In this document: positions 40,365 to 49,137 of the stretch, piece after piece
Layout of the letters: each line of letters opens with the position of its first letter
How positions within the stretch are numbered: position 1 is the stretch's first letter
Origin: Coprothermobacterota bacterium
GTDB taxonomy: Bacteria > Coprothermobacterota > HKB111
NCBI GenBank assembly: GCA_037440465.1
Contig: JBBIUB010000001.1
Coordinates: 1-64,000 of the forward strand
Length of the DNA: 64,000 bases
Direction: 5' to 3'
Notes under the pieces: generated by a model
What the model saw: the letters and a program-made list of their open reading frames with translations, nothing else
Told to the model about the DNA's origin: nothing
The model's database searches: none
Program-made: the position numbers and the translations under genes

Positions 40365-41207
40365 TCAAATTAAATAGGTAAACCCAACACCTACTGTGCC
40401 TGGACCAACATGAGTACCGACAACCGGTCCAACTTCCCAGATGGGAATTTCACTACTTAAACCAGATAACTTTTCTCTTATTTGATTCGCAACCTCAAAT
40501 GCTTGAACGTGGATCACAGCAAGACGAAACTTACCAGGTGCTTCTTTTATTCCTTTCTTTGTATCATCAACCAAACGATTTATGGCTTTTTCTTTTGTCC
40601 TTACCTTATCGTAAGTCTCTACAACTTTCTTGATTGAGAGGATAGGCTTAAGCTGCAACATAGAACCAATAAGAGCTTGAGCACCACCAATCCTTCCACC
40701 TTTGTGAAGATACTCCAGAGTATCAACCAAAAATAACAATTTTGTATTATCTCTCATATAATCAAGGTGGGCTATAACATCTTCAACAGATAGTCCTTCT
40801 TTCAATAAATTGTAGGCTTCCTCAACCTGAAATCTGAGGCCACAGGATGTATACCAGGAATCAAAAACATCAATATTCTCACTTGCTAAAATGTTTTTAG
40901 CTAACAAAGCAGATTGAACCGTACCACTTATTCCTGCTGAAATATGAATAGAAAGAATCCTATCCACACCCTGAGATAAAAGTTCTTTGTAAGTAATTTC
41001 GAATTCTCCTGCTGAAGGCTGAGAAGTTGTTGGTAATATTTTGGTAGTCTTTAACGAGGCAAAATATTCTTTCCAGTCTAACTCATCCTCGTTCACACTC
41101 TTACCATCCGGGAATATTATTTTTAAAGGGATAACTTTCAGATTTAACTCTTTAATCTCCTGGGGTGTAAAATAACTTGTACCATCTGTAACCAAGCCAA
41201 CTTTCAT
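40365..41207 (-). CDS. DegV family fatty-acid binding protein
   Basis: TTSQPS, SGTVQSA, LEYLHKGGRIG, GTHVGPG. Confidence 0.93.
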   Translation of the reverse strand: MKVGLVTDGTSYFTPQEIKELNLKVIPLKIIFPDGKSVNEDELDWKEYFASLKTTKILPTTSQPSAGEFEITYKELLSQGVDRILSIHISAGISGTVQSALLAKNILASENIDVFDSWYTSCGLRFQVEEAYNLLKEGLSVEDVIAHLDYMRDNTKLLFLVDTLEYLHKGGRIGGAQALIGSMLQLKPILSIKKVVETYDKVRTKEKAINRLVDDTKKGIKEAPGKFRLAVIHVQAFEVANQIREKLSGLSSEIPIWEVGPVVGTHVGPGTVGVGFTYLI

Positions 41208-41230
41208 TATCCTACCTCCTATTTTGTTTT

Positions 41231-41306
41231 TGGTGCGCCCGAGAGGATTCGAACCTCCAGCCTACGGCTCCGGAGGCCGTCGCTCTATCCATTGAGCTAC
41301 GAGCGC
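41231..41306 (-). tRNA. tRNA-Arg (anticodon CCG)
   Basis: Reverse complement GCGCTCGTAGCTCAATGGATAGAGC-ACGGC stem with CTCCGGA loop-GGTTCGAATCC...GCGCACCA; encoded CCA. Confidence 0.97.
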
Positions 41307-41364
41307 TTTATCCATCTTTTAATTATACCCTACTCAGTTTCTTATTAAAAACCTTTTTTATTAT

Positions 41365-42834
41365 TTAAAGAATTTCAAGTGTATTAGACTCGGGTTTAAG
41401 CTGGGGGAATAATACTACATCTCTAATAGAAGATACTCCCAGAAGTATCATAGCCAAACGGTCAATACCAATTCCCAACCCTCCTGTAGGCGGCAGTCCA
41501 TGTTCCAAAGCTATGAGATAATCTTCATCGACAACATGAGCCTCTTCATCCCCTCTTTCCTTCTTTTGAAGTTGGCCCTCAAATCGCTCTCTTTGAGTGA
41601 ATGGATCGTTAAGCTCACTAAAACCATTAGCAACTTCCATCCCTCTAATAAAAAGTTCAAAGCGGTCTGTGTACTCTGGATCATCTGCTCTTTCTTTAGC
41701 TAGTGGCGACAACAAAGCAGGGTAACCTGTTACAAATGTCGGCTCTATTAAAGTAGGTTCAATTATCTCTTTGAAAATCTCATCAACAACATTTTCCCAA
41801 AGAAGAGGTTTTTTCAGTTCTATGCCTTTCTTATTAAGATAATTTTTTGCAAATACTAAATCTTTTAACGCTTCCATTTCTATACCAACCTGGTTACTGA
41901 ATAGTTCACGGTATTCAACTACTACGAAATCTTTTAGTAAGTTTATCTGTTTCCCTTCCCATTCAATTGATACATCAGGCAACAGACAAGGTATTATAAA
42001 ATGAATCATATCCTGGGTAAGTTTCATCATAGCTTCAAATCCCTGAAAAGCCCAATATACTTCCAACATAGTAAACTCTGGATTATGAATCCTGGAGATG
42101 CCTTCATTACGAAAGTTCCTACTCACCTCAAACACCTTAAAGAAGCTTCCTACTACCAATCTTTTAAGGTATAGTTCAGGTGCTATTCTCAAAAATAGAT
42201 CTGTTCCTAATGCTTGATGATGTGTAATAAATGGATTTGCAATTGCTCCGCCAGCAATAGATTGAAGTACTGGTGTCTCAACTTCCAGAAAACCTTTTTC
42301 ATTTAGGAATTTTCTGATTAATTCTAATAGCTTACTTCTTTTTATAAAATCTTCTTTTACTTTAGGATTAACTAGAAGGTCGAGGTATCTAAATCTATAA
42401 CGCTGTTCTATGTCTTTGAGACCATGCCATTTTTCAGGCAATGGCCTGAGGGCTTTTGTAAGAAAAAACCATTTACCAACTTCCAGAGTTATCTCCCCTC
42501 TTTTTGTTTTAAAAAGAGTCCCTTCTAATCCAAGAAAATCCCCTATATCAACAACATTTTTAAAGAGTTGAAAATTTTCACTACTAAGTTTAGCTTCTTG
42601 TAAATAAGCCTGAATTTTTCCTGTATCATCCATAATGTCTAAGAAAAGCGAACCTCCATGATCCCTGATACTCATAATTCTTCCTGCTATCTTCTGATAA
42701 CTACCTTCAAAAGAAACGTAGTTTTCTTTTAAGAAGCAGATTTGAAAAGCATCAGGAAAGGGTTCTCCATATGGCTTTATCCCATTTTCTTTGAGATCAG
42801 TGAGTTTCTTAATTCTCTCCTCTCTTTCTCTCAA
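41365..42834 (-). CDS. lysS: Lysine--tRNA ligase (class II)
   Basis: LPEKWHGL, LRIAPELYLKRL, FRNEG, HNPEFT, GLGIGIDRL. Confidence 0.98.
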   Translation of the reverse strand: MREREERIKKLTDLKENGIKPYGEPFPDAFQICFLKENYVSFEGSYQKIAGRIMSIRDHGGSLFLDIMDDTGKIQAYLQEAKLSSENFQLFKNVVDIGDFLGLEGTLFKTKRGEITLEVGKWFFLTKALRPLPEKWHGLKDIEQRYRFRYLDLLVNPKVKEDFIKRSKLLELIRKFLNEKGFLEVETPVLQSIAGGAIANPFITHHQALGTDLFLRIAPELYLKRLVVGSFFKVFEVSRNFRNEGISRIHNPEFTMLEVYWAFQGFEAMMKLTQDMIHFIIPCLLPDVSIEWEGKQINLLKDFVVVEYRELFSNQVGIEMEALKDLVFAKNYLNKKGIELKKPLLWENVVDEIFKEIIEPTLIEPTFVTGYPALLSPLAKERADDPEYTDRFELFIRGMEVANGFSELNDPFTQRERFEGQLQKKERGDEEAHVVDEDYLIALEHGLPPTGGLGIGIDRLAMILLGVSSIRDVVLFPQLKPESNTLEIL

Positions 42835-42836
42835 TG

Positions 42837-43319
42837 TTACCTCACAATCTCTTTTATTCTATAGGAAATACGACCAACAAGTGCATCTATGAAGAATTCC
42901 TCAAGTGCTCTTTTTCCAAGCACCGCATGGCCTAAGGGACTTTGAGCAGAAATGTAACATTTACGAGGATCCACTTCTTCGACATTACCAACAATAACAT
43001 ATTCTTCCTCTTCTCCAGCAGTGATGTTTTCTAACTTTACACGGCTTCCTATTGTCACTGTTTCTGAGGGTAAATCTCTCTCTTCAAGAACAGTAGCTAT
43101 CCTGAGAATTTTCTCCAATTCGAGAATTCTACCCTCAACAAAAGCTTGTTCGTTTTTTGCATCCTCATACTCTGAATTATCGGTGATGTCACCATATTCT
43201 TTAGCTTGAACTATCCTTTCTGCTACTTCTTTGCGTCTTACTGTTCGGAGATATTCAAGTTCTTCCTCCAGCTTCTTTAATCCATCTTTACTGATATATA
43301 AACGACCAGTTTCTGCCAT
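42837..43319 (-). CDS. greA: Transcription elongation factor GreA
   Basis: GDITDNSEYEDAKNEQAFVEGRI, SPLG. Confidence 0.96.
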   Translation of the reverse strand: MAETGRLYISKDGLKKLEEELEYLRTVRRKEVAERIVQAKEYGDITDNSEYEDAKNEQAFVEGRILELEKILRIATVLEERDLPSETVTIGSRVKLENITAGEEEEYVIVGNVEEVDPRKCYISAQSPLGHAVLGKRALEEFFIDALVGRISYRIKEIVR

Positions 43320-43326
43320 TGTATCT

Positions 43327-44403
43327 TCACCTCCCTGAATGAAGAGCTTTTAATTTAATTCTTTCTATTTCTTCTGGTTTCAAGACTCTTTCAAAACTTC
43401 TAAAACCTGCCAACTTAAAACCATGCTTCTTCGCTAACTCACTTATCTCTACTACTTTAGAAATATCTAATTCCTTGCCTAATGAAAAAGTATTATATTT
43501 TCGTTCTAATGTCAGAATCATTGTTTCAGACATACAAGCATATGCCAAGCCTGGAGGAAACCCAAAATTATAATTAAAAGATGGTGTTCCAGGAACTTTA
43601 ATTACACCACCTTCAATAACCAAAACATCTTCCCTATCTCGAGATACTCTTGTAGAAACATCTCTTGGTCTTGCTACATCACATACTACAGCTCCAGGTT
43701 TTAACATCTCAGGCTCTATTACTTGATGAACTGCGCTGGAAACAGCTACAATAGCATCTGCCCTTTTAATCCCCTTTGATATTGAAGAAGTTGATTCTAC
43801 ACTCAATCCTTCTTCCATTAAAGATCTACTAATTTCATTTAGTTTCTCTTCATTCCTTCCTATTAAAACTGTGCTCTTAAATCTTGGCGCCATTAAATAA
43901 GCAGCAGCTTTACCTATTGAGCCTGTAGCACCTACTATGGCTAGCTCAGCATCTTTTGAATCAACTTCCATAAGTTTCAAAGCCTCAAAAGTCCCTTCTA
44001 TTGCTGATGCTACCGTATAACTATTTCCAGTTGTAACAGCAATTTTAAGATTTTCTTTTATAGTAATTCCACCATCTCCAACCACTGAGGTAAAAGCCCC
44101 AAGCCCAACAATGCTTGCGCCCTGACTTTCCGCAAGCTTACCAGCTTCAATTATCTTTTCATAGACATATGGCAAGGGGAGGGTTACCATCTGTTCGGAA
44201 GTTAGAGGACAAGCAATGAAGAACCCTTCAATCTCCTCACCGTTATAATCAGACTTTATACCTTTTATATAAGAACTCACAAAAGCTTTTCGTTTTTTTA
44301 AAAGATTTAGAACGAGTGAGGGTGGAAGAAATCTTGCCCAACTTAATTTCTTAACGATGTCATTATAATTTATAGGATGGAGAATAAAAGCAAATATTTC
44401 CAT
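43327..44403 (-). CDS. Acyl-ACP-reductase-like NAD(P)-dependent oxidoreductase (often labelled shikimate/saccharopine dehydrogenase-like)
   Basis: FAFILHP, GLGAFTSVV, VTTGNSYT, GATGSIG, DVARPRDV, EGG, YACMSETMIL; start 44403 or 44409. Confidence 0.8.
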   Translation of the reverse strand: MEIFAFILHPINYNDIVKKLSWARFLPPSLVLNLLKKRKAFVSSYIKGIKSDYNGEEIEGFFIACPLTSEQMVTLPLPYVYEKIIEAGKLAESQGASIVGLGAFTSVVGDGGITIKENLKIAVTTGNSYTVASAIEGTFEALKLMEVDSKDAELAIVGATGSIGKAAAYLMAPRFKSTVLIGRNEEKLNEISRSLMEEGLSVESTSSISKGIKRADAIVAVSSAVHQVIEPEMLKPGAVVCDVARPRDVSTRVSRDREDVLVIEGGVIKVPGTPSFNYNFGFPPGLAYACMSETMILTLERKYNTFSLGKELDISKVVEISELAKKHGFKLAGFRSFERVLKPEEIERIKLKALHSGR

Positions 44404-44412
44404 GTCCAATTC

Positions 44413-45315
44413 TCAGGGATTAAGAAAATCTATCCTTGGTCTCAAGGAGATTCTTTCCAGGAATTTCTCAGCTTCTTCATTAGTAACCTCATCAGGTGGT
44501 TTATCCAGAAAGGAAACTAACAATCCTTCAATAACATTGGTTCCAAAGGAGCGCCCTTCCCATTCTGGCGTAGTAGTTACTAGAAGTTTAACCCCTCTTT
44601 CTTTTAGGAGTTCCCGATCTTCACTCGTTACAGTATTAGTTAATATTAACTTTCCTTTCAAATCCAAGGGTGAATATCTTCTTATGAAATGAAAATCACC
44701 TGCTATAAGATCTGCCCAATCAAAATAATGAGTAAAACGAGGTTCACTTTCATCTTGTTTTTTACCAACAGGATAAAGAAAACTCATAGGGAGGTAAGTA
44801 AGAATGGGAAGTAGCAAAGAAGCAACAATATCTACTGATTTAAGTGTCCTTAAAGGAAAAGGAAGTCCAAGAGCAAAAAGGAAGTCTCCAAATATAAGAG
44901 GACACCCGATCTGGCTTAACGCTTCACTAATGCTGTATCTATCAACAGCACTTACTACCAGTGTTTTTGTCTTATTATTAATTATTCCTTGGTTAAATAA
45001 AGTAAAAACAACCTTATTTTCCCAATTATTTTTTATTAGGGCACCATCTACAACATATGATTTCTTTACTAAATTTTTTAGTTTTAAGGCATCCTTTATG
45101 ATATATCTCTTATTTTTTGCAAATAAATATAGGCTTATACCGCCAAGGCCTATAGCATTTACCTGGCCATCTTGTTCTTTTATAAGGTCAAACATCCTGG
45201 AGAAATTGCCATCTGTCCCTATCCTTTCAAGGCTGACTTTCTCTCCCAGAATATCTAACTCTACTCTATGATTTCTCTTAGATGAACCTAAACTAATGCT
45301 AACAATTTTTTTCAT
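44413..45315 (-). CDS. Conserved uncharacterised protein (family I recall being auto-labelled 'quinate 5-dehydrogenase')
   Basis: VSISLGSSKRNH, ERIGTDG, GLGG, VDG, DRY, FGD, AGDFH, TNTVT, TTP..GRSFGTNVIE; start moved to ATG 45315. Confidence 0.7.
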   Translation of the reverse strand: MKKIVSISLGSSKRNHRVELDILGEKVSLERIGTDGNFSRMFDLIKEQDGQVNAIGLGGISLYLFAKNKRYIIKDALKLKNLVKKSYVVDGALIKNNWENKVVFTLFNQGIINNKTKTLVVSAVDRYSISEALSQIGCPLIFGDFLFALGLPFPLRTLKSVDIVASLLLPILTYLPMSFLYPVGKKQDESEPRFTHYFDWADLIAGDFHFIRRYSPLDLKGKLILTNTVTSEDRELLKERGVKLLVTTTPEWEGRSFGTNVIEGLLVSFLDKPPDEVTNEEAEKFLERISLRPRIDFLNP

Positions 45316-45344
45316 TGACACCACCCATTTTCTTAAGCTTGAAA

Positions 45345-45353
45345 ATTATATCA
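45345..45353 (-). promoter_or_regulatory. Extended -10 promoter element upstream of the long minus-strand gene run
   Basis: TG-A-TATAAT on minus strand about 30 nt before ATG 45315. Confidence 0.55.
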
Positions 45354-45425
45354 CAATAAGGTATTAAAACAAAAAAACTCTACAGAGAACCTTTTTTCTT
45401 AATATGAAAGAGCATGAAAAAATTA

Positions 45426-45500
45426 TGGAGCCGGCAGAGGGAGTTGGACCCTCAACCTGCTGATTACGATTCAGCTGCTCTACCATTGAGCTACACCGGC
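45426..45500 (-). tRNA. tRNA-Thr (anticodon CGT), with non-canonical T-loop
   Basis: Reverse complement GCCGGTGTAGCTCAATGGTAGAGCA-GCTGA ATCGTAA TCAGC-AGGTT-GAGGG TCCAACT CCCTC-TGCCGGCTCCA. Confidence 0.9.
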
Positions 45501-45596
45501 TCCGTAAATTTTAGCACATGATTCTTGACTTTTGACCCTTCGCCCGATTAATAGTTTCCAAAATCGGATAATCTCCAAATTAGTTGTCTACATTAA

Positions 45597-45776
45597 GGAT
45601 TCAAAGAGTCAATGAATATAGGACCCAAGAGGTCCAGGATTCAAGGGTTCAAGTGAATTGCATATGAATAACAAAGGAATAAAGGGTTATAGAAGTTGAT
45701 TTTTTTATTTTCTCTCGAATCCTCGAATCCTTGAATCCTCTAACCCTTCTTAGTAAACACTCGAAACCTTGAATCC
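45597..45776. repeat. Nested hairpin element of 8-bp GGATTCAA/TTGAATCC units (copy 3)
   Basis: ggattcaa-agagtcaa (45597-45612); ggacccaa-gaggtcca-ggattcaa-gggttcaa-gtga (45621-45656); tcgaatcc-tcgaatcc-ttgaatcc-tctaaccc (45715-45746); cac-tcgaaacc-ttgaatcc (45758-45776). Confidence 0.8.
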
Positions 45777-45882
45777 TATTTAGATAACCCATATAAAATT
45801 AATATCAATTCAAGTCAGTAATAGAGTAAAATATATTTGGTTTTATTAAACATACATAACTGGAATTACGGGAGGTTATTTA

Positions 45883-46887
45883 ATGCAAAAGATAGGTGTA
45901 ATCTCATACGGGTTAGGTCCTATTGGAAAAGGAATTGCCAAGACTGCTCATCAGAGGAAGGAATTAATCTTAATTGGTGGAGTAGATATTAATCCACAAT
46001 TACATGGTAAAGATTTTGGAGAAGTAATTAGCATTGGTCCACTTGGTGTAAAAATAAAAAGCAGTCTTAAAGAAATCCCTGTTGAACAAGCAAAGGTTGT
46101 CTTACATTCTACTCAATCATCATTTCCAAAGGTTTTTGATCAGCTTGAAGAAATCGCTAAATTAGGACTTAATATTATCTCAACCACAGAAGAATTATCT
46201 TACCCTTTTATCAAATATCCAGTACTTTCTGAGAAACTTGACAAGATAGCTAAAGAAAATGGTATTACCATACTCGGGACAGGAGTAAACCCGGGTTTTT
46301 TAATGGATTCTTTTCCTCTATTCATCACATCAGTATCTAATAAAGTTAAGAGAATCCATATACTACGTTTGATGGACGCATCCAAAAGAAGAGGACCATT
46401 CCAAGTTAAGATTGGTTCAGGACTTACTACCCATGAATTTCATAACCTGGTTAAAAATGGAAAACTGGGTCATGTCGGACTTGAAGAATCAATTCAGTTT
46501 ATCACTACCTCCTTAAAGGTAGAGTTAGGAGACTACAAAGAATCTATCAAACCTGTACTTGCTGAAGAAAATATTAAAACAGATTATTTAGAAGTTTCTG
46601 CTGGTATGGTAAGAGGTATTGATCAGGTTGGCATTGGATTTGATAAAGAAGGTAATGAAATAGTACGATTAGAGTTCAAGGCTTATCTTGAAGCTAAGAA
46701 TCCACATGATTTAATTGAAATTGAGGGTGATCCTTCTTTAACAGTTGTTATCCCTGGTGGAGTTCCGGGTGACATTGCTACTTCTTCTATAGTAACAAAT
46801 GCCATACCAAGAGTACTAAATGCATCTCCAGGTCTTCTTACAATGAAAGATATCCCAATAACTCATAATTTTGGAAGTTTTAAGTAG
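45883..46887 (+). CDS. 2,4-diaminopentanoate dehydrogenase (Ord) / amine dehydrogenase family, DapB-like N-terminus
   Basis: YGLGPIG, STTEELSYP, GTGVNPGFLMD, GHVGL.ES, GGVPGDIAT. Confidence 0.8.
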   Translation: MQKIGVISYGLGPIGKGIAKTAHQRKELILIGGVDINPQLHGKDFGEVISIGPLGVKIKSSLKEIPVEQAKVVLHSTQSSFPKVFDQLEEIAKLGLNIISTTEELSYPFIKYPVLSEKLDKIAKENGITILGTGVNPGFLMDSFPLFITSVSNKVKRIHILRLMDASKRRGPFQVKIGSGLTTHEFHNLVKNGKLGHVGLEESIQFITTSLKVELGDYKESIKPVLAEENIKTDYLEVSAGMVRGIDQVGIGFDKEGNEIVRLEFKAYLEAKNPHDLIEIEGDPSLTVVIPGGVPGDIATSSIVTNAIPRVLNASPGLLTMKDIPITHNFGSFK

Positions 46888-46901
46888 CGAGAGACTTAGA
46901 A

Positions 46902-47930
46902 ATGAAAGCAATTGTTAAGAAAACTTTAGAAAAGGGAGTCTCTCTTGAGGAGGTTGGAATACCCCAACCAAGAGAAGGAGAGGTACTTATTAAAGTAAAA
47001 TATTCTTCTATTTGCGGCACAGATCTTCATATTTACCTCTCAGACAACTGGGCTACCAATAGGATTCATCCACCTCTCATAATTGGACACGAAATGGGTG
47101 GAGAGGTTGTAGAACTTGGACCCAAAGTATCCCATATCAAGTTAGGAGATAGAGTTGGTGTTGAAACTCACATAGTTAACTGGAAAACTCGAGAATCAAG
47201 AACAGGTAAAGCACATCTATGTTCCAGCACAAAAATCCTTGGTGTAGACATGGATGGATCTTTTGCTGAGTATGTGGTATTACCAGAAGTAAATGTAATA
47301 CCCAACCCAACATCAATACCAGATGAATTCTTATCGATTGAAGAACCACTTGGTAACGCTGTTCATGCAGCCACAACCGTTAGTGTTCCTGGTAAAAATG
47401 TACTCGTTGTGGGAAGTGGCCCAGTAGGGCTTCTACTTATTGCTGTTTTAAAATGTTTTGGCACAACGAGAGTATTTGTCTCTGAGATAAATCGTTATCG
47501 ACTTGATTTAGCTCAGAAGGTTGGTGCAGACAGAGCTATTAACCCTAAAGAGTTAGACCTTTTAGAAATCATCCGTGAGGAAACAGGAGGAGAAGGTTTA
47601 GATATTGCATTTGACATGTCTGGAAATAGCTCGGGAATAAACCAAGCTATTAAATCATTAAGACCGGGTGGAGATATGGTTTTCTTTGGTTTACCCAGGA
47701 TGCCTGTGAATATAAATATCGCAGATGACATTATTTTTAGAGGATTAACTCTACATGGAATAATAGGACGAAAAATGTTTGACACCTGGTATGAGGTATT
47801 AGACCTCCTTGAGAACAAAAAGATAGATTTAGGACCTATCATTACCCACCGTTTCCCATATGAAGAGATAGACAAAGCCATGGATTTAATGGACAGAGGA
47901 GAATCCGGGAAAATTCTTCTCTTCCCTTAG
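46902..47930 (+). CDS. tdh: L-threonine 3-dehydrogenase (Zn-dependent MDR)
   Basis: SICGTDLHIY..D.WA, GHE, ETHI, EPLGNAVH, GIIGRKMFDTWY; adjacent to kbl. Confidence 0.9.
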   Translation: MKAIVKKTLEKGVSLEEVGIPQPREGEVLIKVKYSSICGTDLHIYLSDNWATNRIHPPLIIGHEMGGEVVELGPKVSHIKLGDRVGVETHIVNWKTRESRTGKAHLCSSTKILGVDMDGSFAEYVVLPEVNVIPNPTSIPDEFLSIEEPLGNAVHAATTVSVPGKNVLVVGSGPVGLLLIAVLKCFGTTRVFVSEINRYRLDLAQKVGADRAINPKELDLLEIIREETGGEGLDIAFDMSGNSSGINQAIKSLRPGGDMVFFGLPRMPVNINIADDIIFRGLTLHGIIGRKMFDTWYEVLDLLENKKIDLGPIITHRFPYEEIDKAMDLMDRGESGKILLFP

Positions 47931-47934
47931 GAGG

Positions 47935-49134
47935 ATGAAAATGAAACCATTTATTGAAGAAATCCTTAGAAACAACTTGAAGAAGTTAGAAGATGAACAC
48001 TTACTTATCACTTTAAAAATTCTCTCATCTTCTCAAGGACCCTGGGTTGAGATGGGAGGAAGAAGGGTTTTAAATCTTTCTTCAAATAATTATCTTGGAT
48101 TCAACTCACACCCATCACTTATAAAAGCTTCCATTGAAGCAACAGAAAAATGGGGAGTTGGTTCAGGTGCAGTTCGTACGATAGTAGGTACACAAGAAAT
48201 TCATATGGAGTTGGAACACGAGCTTGCTTCCTTCAAGAAGGTTGGTGCATGCCTGGTTTTTCAATCAGGTTATGCCACTAACCTTGGCGTTATTCAAGCA
48301 CTCATGACAGAGGGAGATGTAATTATCTCAGATGAACTGAACCACGCTTCTATAATTGATGGTGCCCGTCTTTCTAAAGCAAAGATTCATGTTTACCGCC
48401 ATGTTGATATGAATCACTTAGAAGAAAAACTAAAGGAAGCCAGAGATTTAAAACCTGGAAAAATCCTTTTAGTTACCGATGGTGTCTTCAGCATGGACGG
48501 GGACATTGCTCCACTACCACAGATTACAGAGCTTGCTGAAAGATATGAAGCTATCTTGATGGTAGACGATGCTCACGCATCTGGAGTTCTTGGAAGAAAT
48601 GGAAGAGGTACTGTTGACCATTTCAATCTTCACGGTAGAGTTGACATCCAAGTTGGTACACTTTCAAAAGCACTTGGTACCATGGGAGGTTATGTAGCAA
48701 GTAGTCAAACATTTGTAACATTCTTGATACAAAAAGGGCGTCCAATCCTCTTCTCTACTTCCCACCCTCCAGGAGTTGTAGCTGCTACTTTAGTTTCACT
48801 AAAAATCATCAATTCACTTGAAGGAGAAGAATTGATTAAGAAACTCTGGGAGAACACAGGTTATTTCAAAGATAACCTTAAAAACGCCGGGTTTAATATT
48901 GGTGTTTCCCAGACTCCAATTACTCCTATAATGGTAGGAGATGCTGAAGTTGCCCAGAAATACAGTTCCCTGCTTTTAGAAGATGGTGTCCTTGCTCTGG
49001 GAATTGGTTATCCTACTGTAGCTCTCGGTAAAGCTCGGATTAGAACTATAGTCACATCTTCTCATACAAAAAAAGACCTGGACCTCGCCCTGAAAACTCT
49101 CTGTAAAATAGGGAGAAAAATAGGTATCATCTAA
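47935..49134 (+). CDS. kbl: Glycine C-acetyltransferase (2-amino-3-ketobutyrate CoA ligase)
   Basis: SNNYLG, SDELNHASIIDG, DGVFSMDGD, DDAH, GTLSKA PLP lysine; follows tdh. Confidence 0.9.
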   Translation: MKMKPFIEEILRNNLKKLEDEHLLITLKILSSSQGPWVEMGGRRVLNLSSNNYLGFNSHPSLIKASIEATEKWGVGSGAVRTIVGTQEIHMELEHELASFKKVGACLVFQSGYATNLGVIQALMTEGDVIISDELNHASIIDGARLSKAKIHVYRHVDMNHLEEKLKEARDLKPGKILLVTDGVFSMDGDIAPLPQITELAERYEAILMVDDAHASGVLGRNGRGTVDHFNLHGRVDIQVGTLSKALGTMGGYVASSQTFVTFLIQKGRPILFSTSHPPGVVAATLVSLKIINSLEGEELIKKLWENTGYFKDNLKNAGFNIGVSQTPITPIMVGDAEVAQKYSSLLLEDGVLALGIGYPTVALGKARIRTIVTSSHTKKDLDLALKTLCKIGRKIGII

Positions 49135-49137
49135 TAA

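Noticed and set aside
41231..45500. tRNA-anchored integrated element
   Set aside because: No integrase and no duplicated tRNA 3' end found; flanking genes are housekeeping
45597..45776. CRISPR array or 6S RNA
   Set aside because: Units are 8 bp, contiguous and inverted, with no unique spacers or cas genes; the GGTTCAAG resemblance to a 6S motif is in the wrong arrangement
47935..49134. BioF (8-amino-7-oxononanoate synthase) assignment
   Set aside because: Same family, but adjacency to tdh and absence of bio genes favour Kbl
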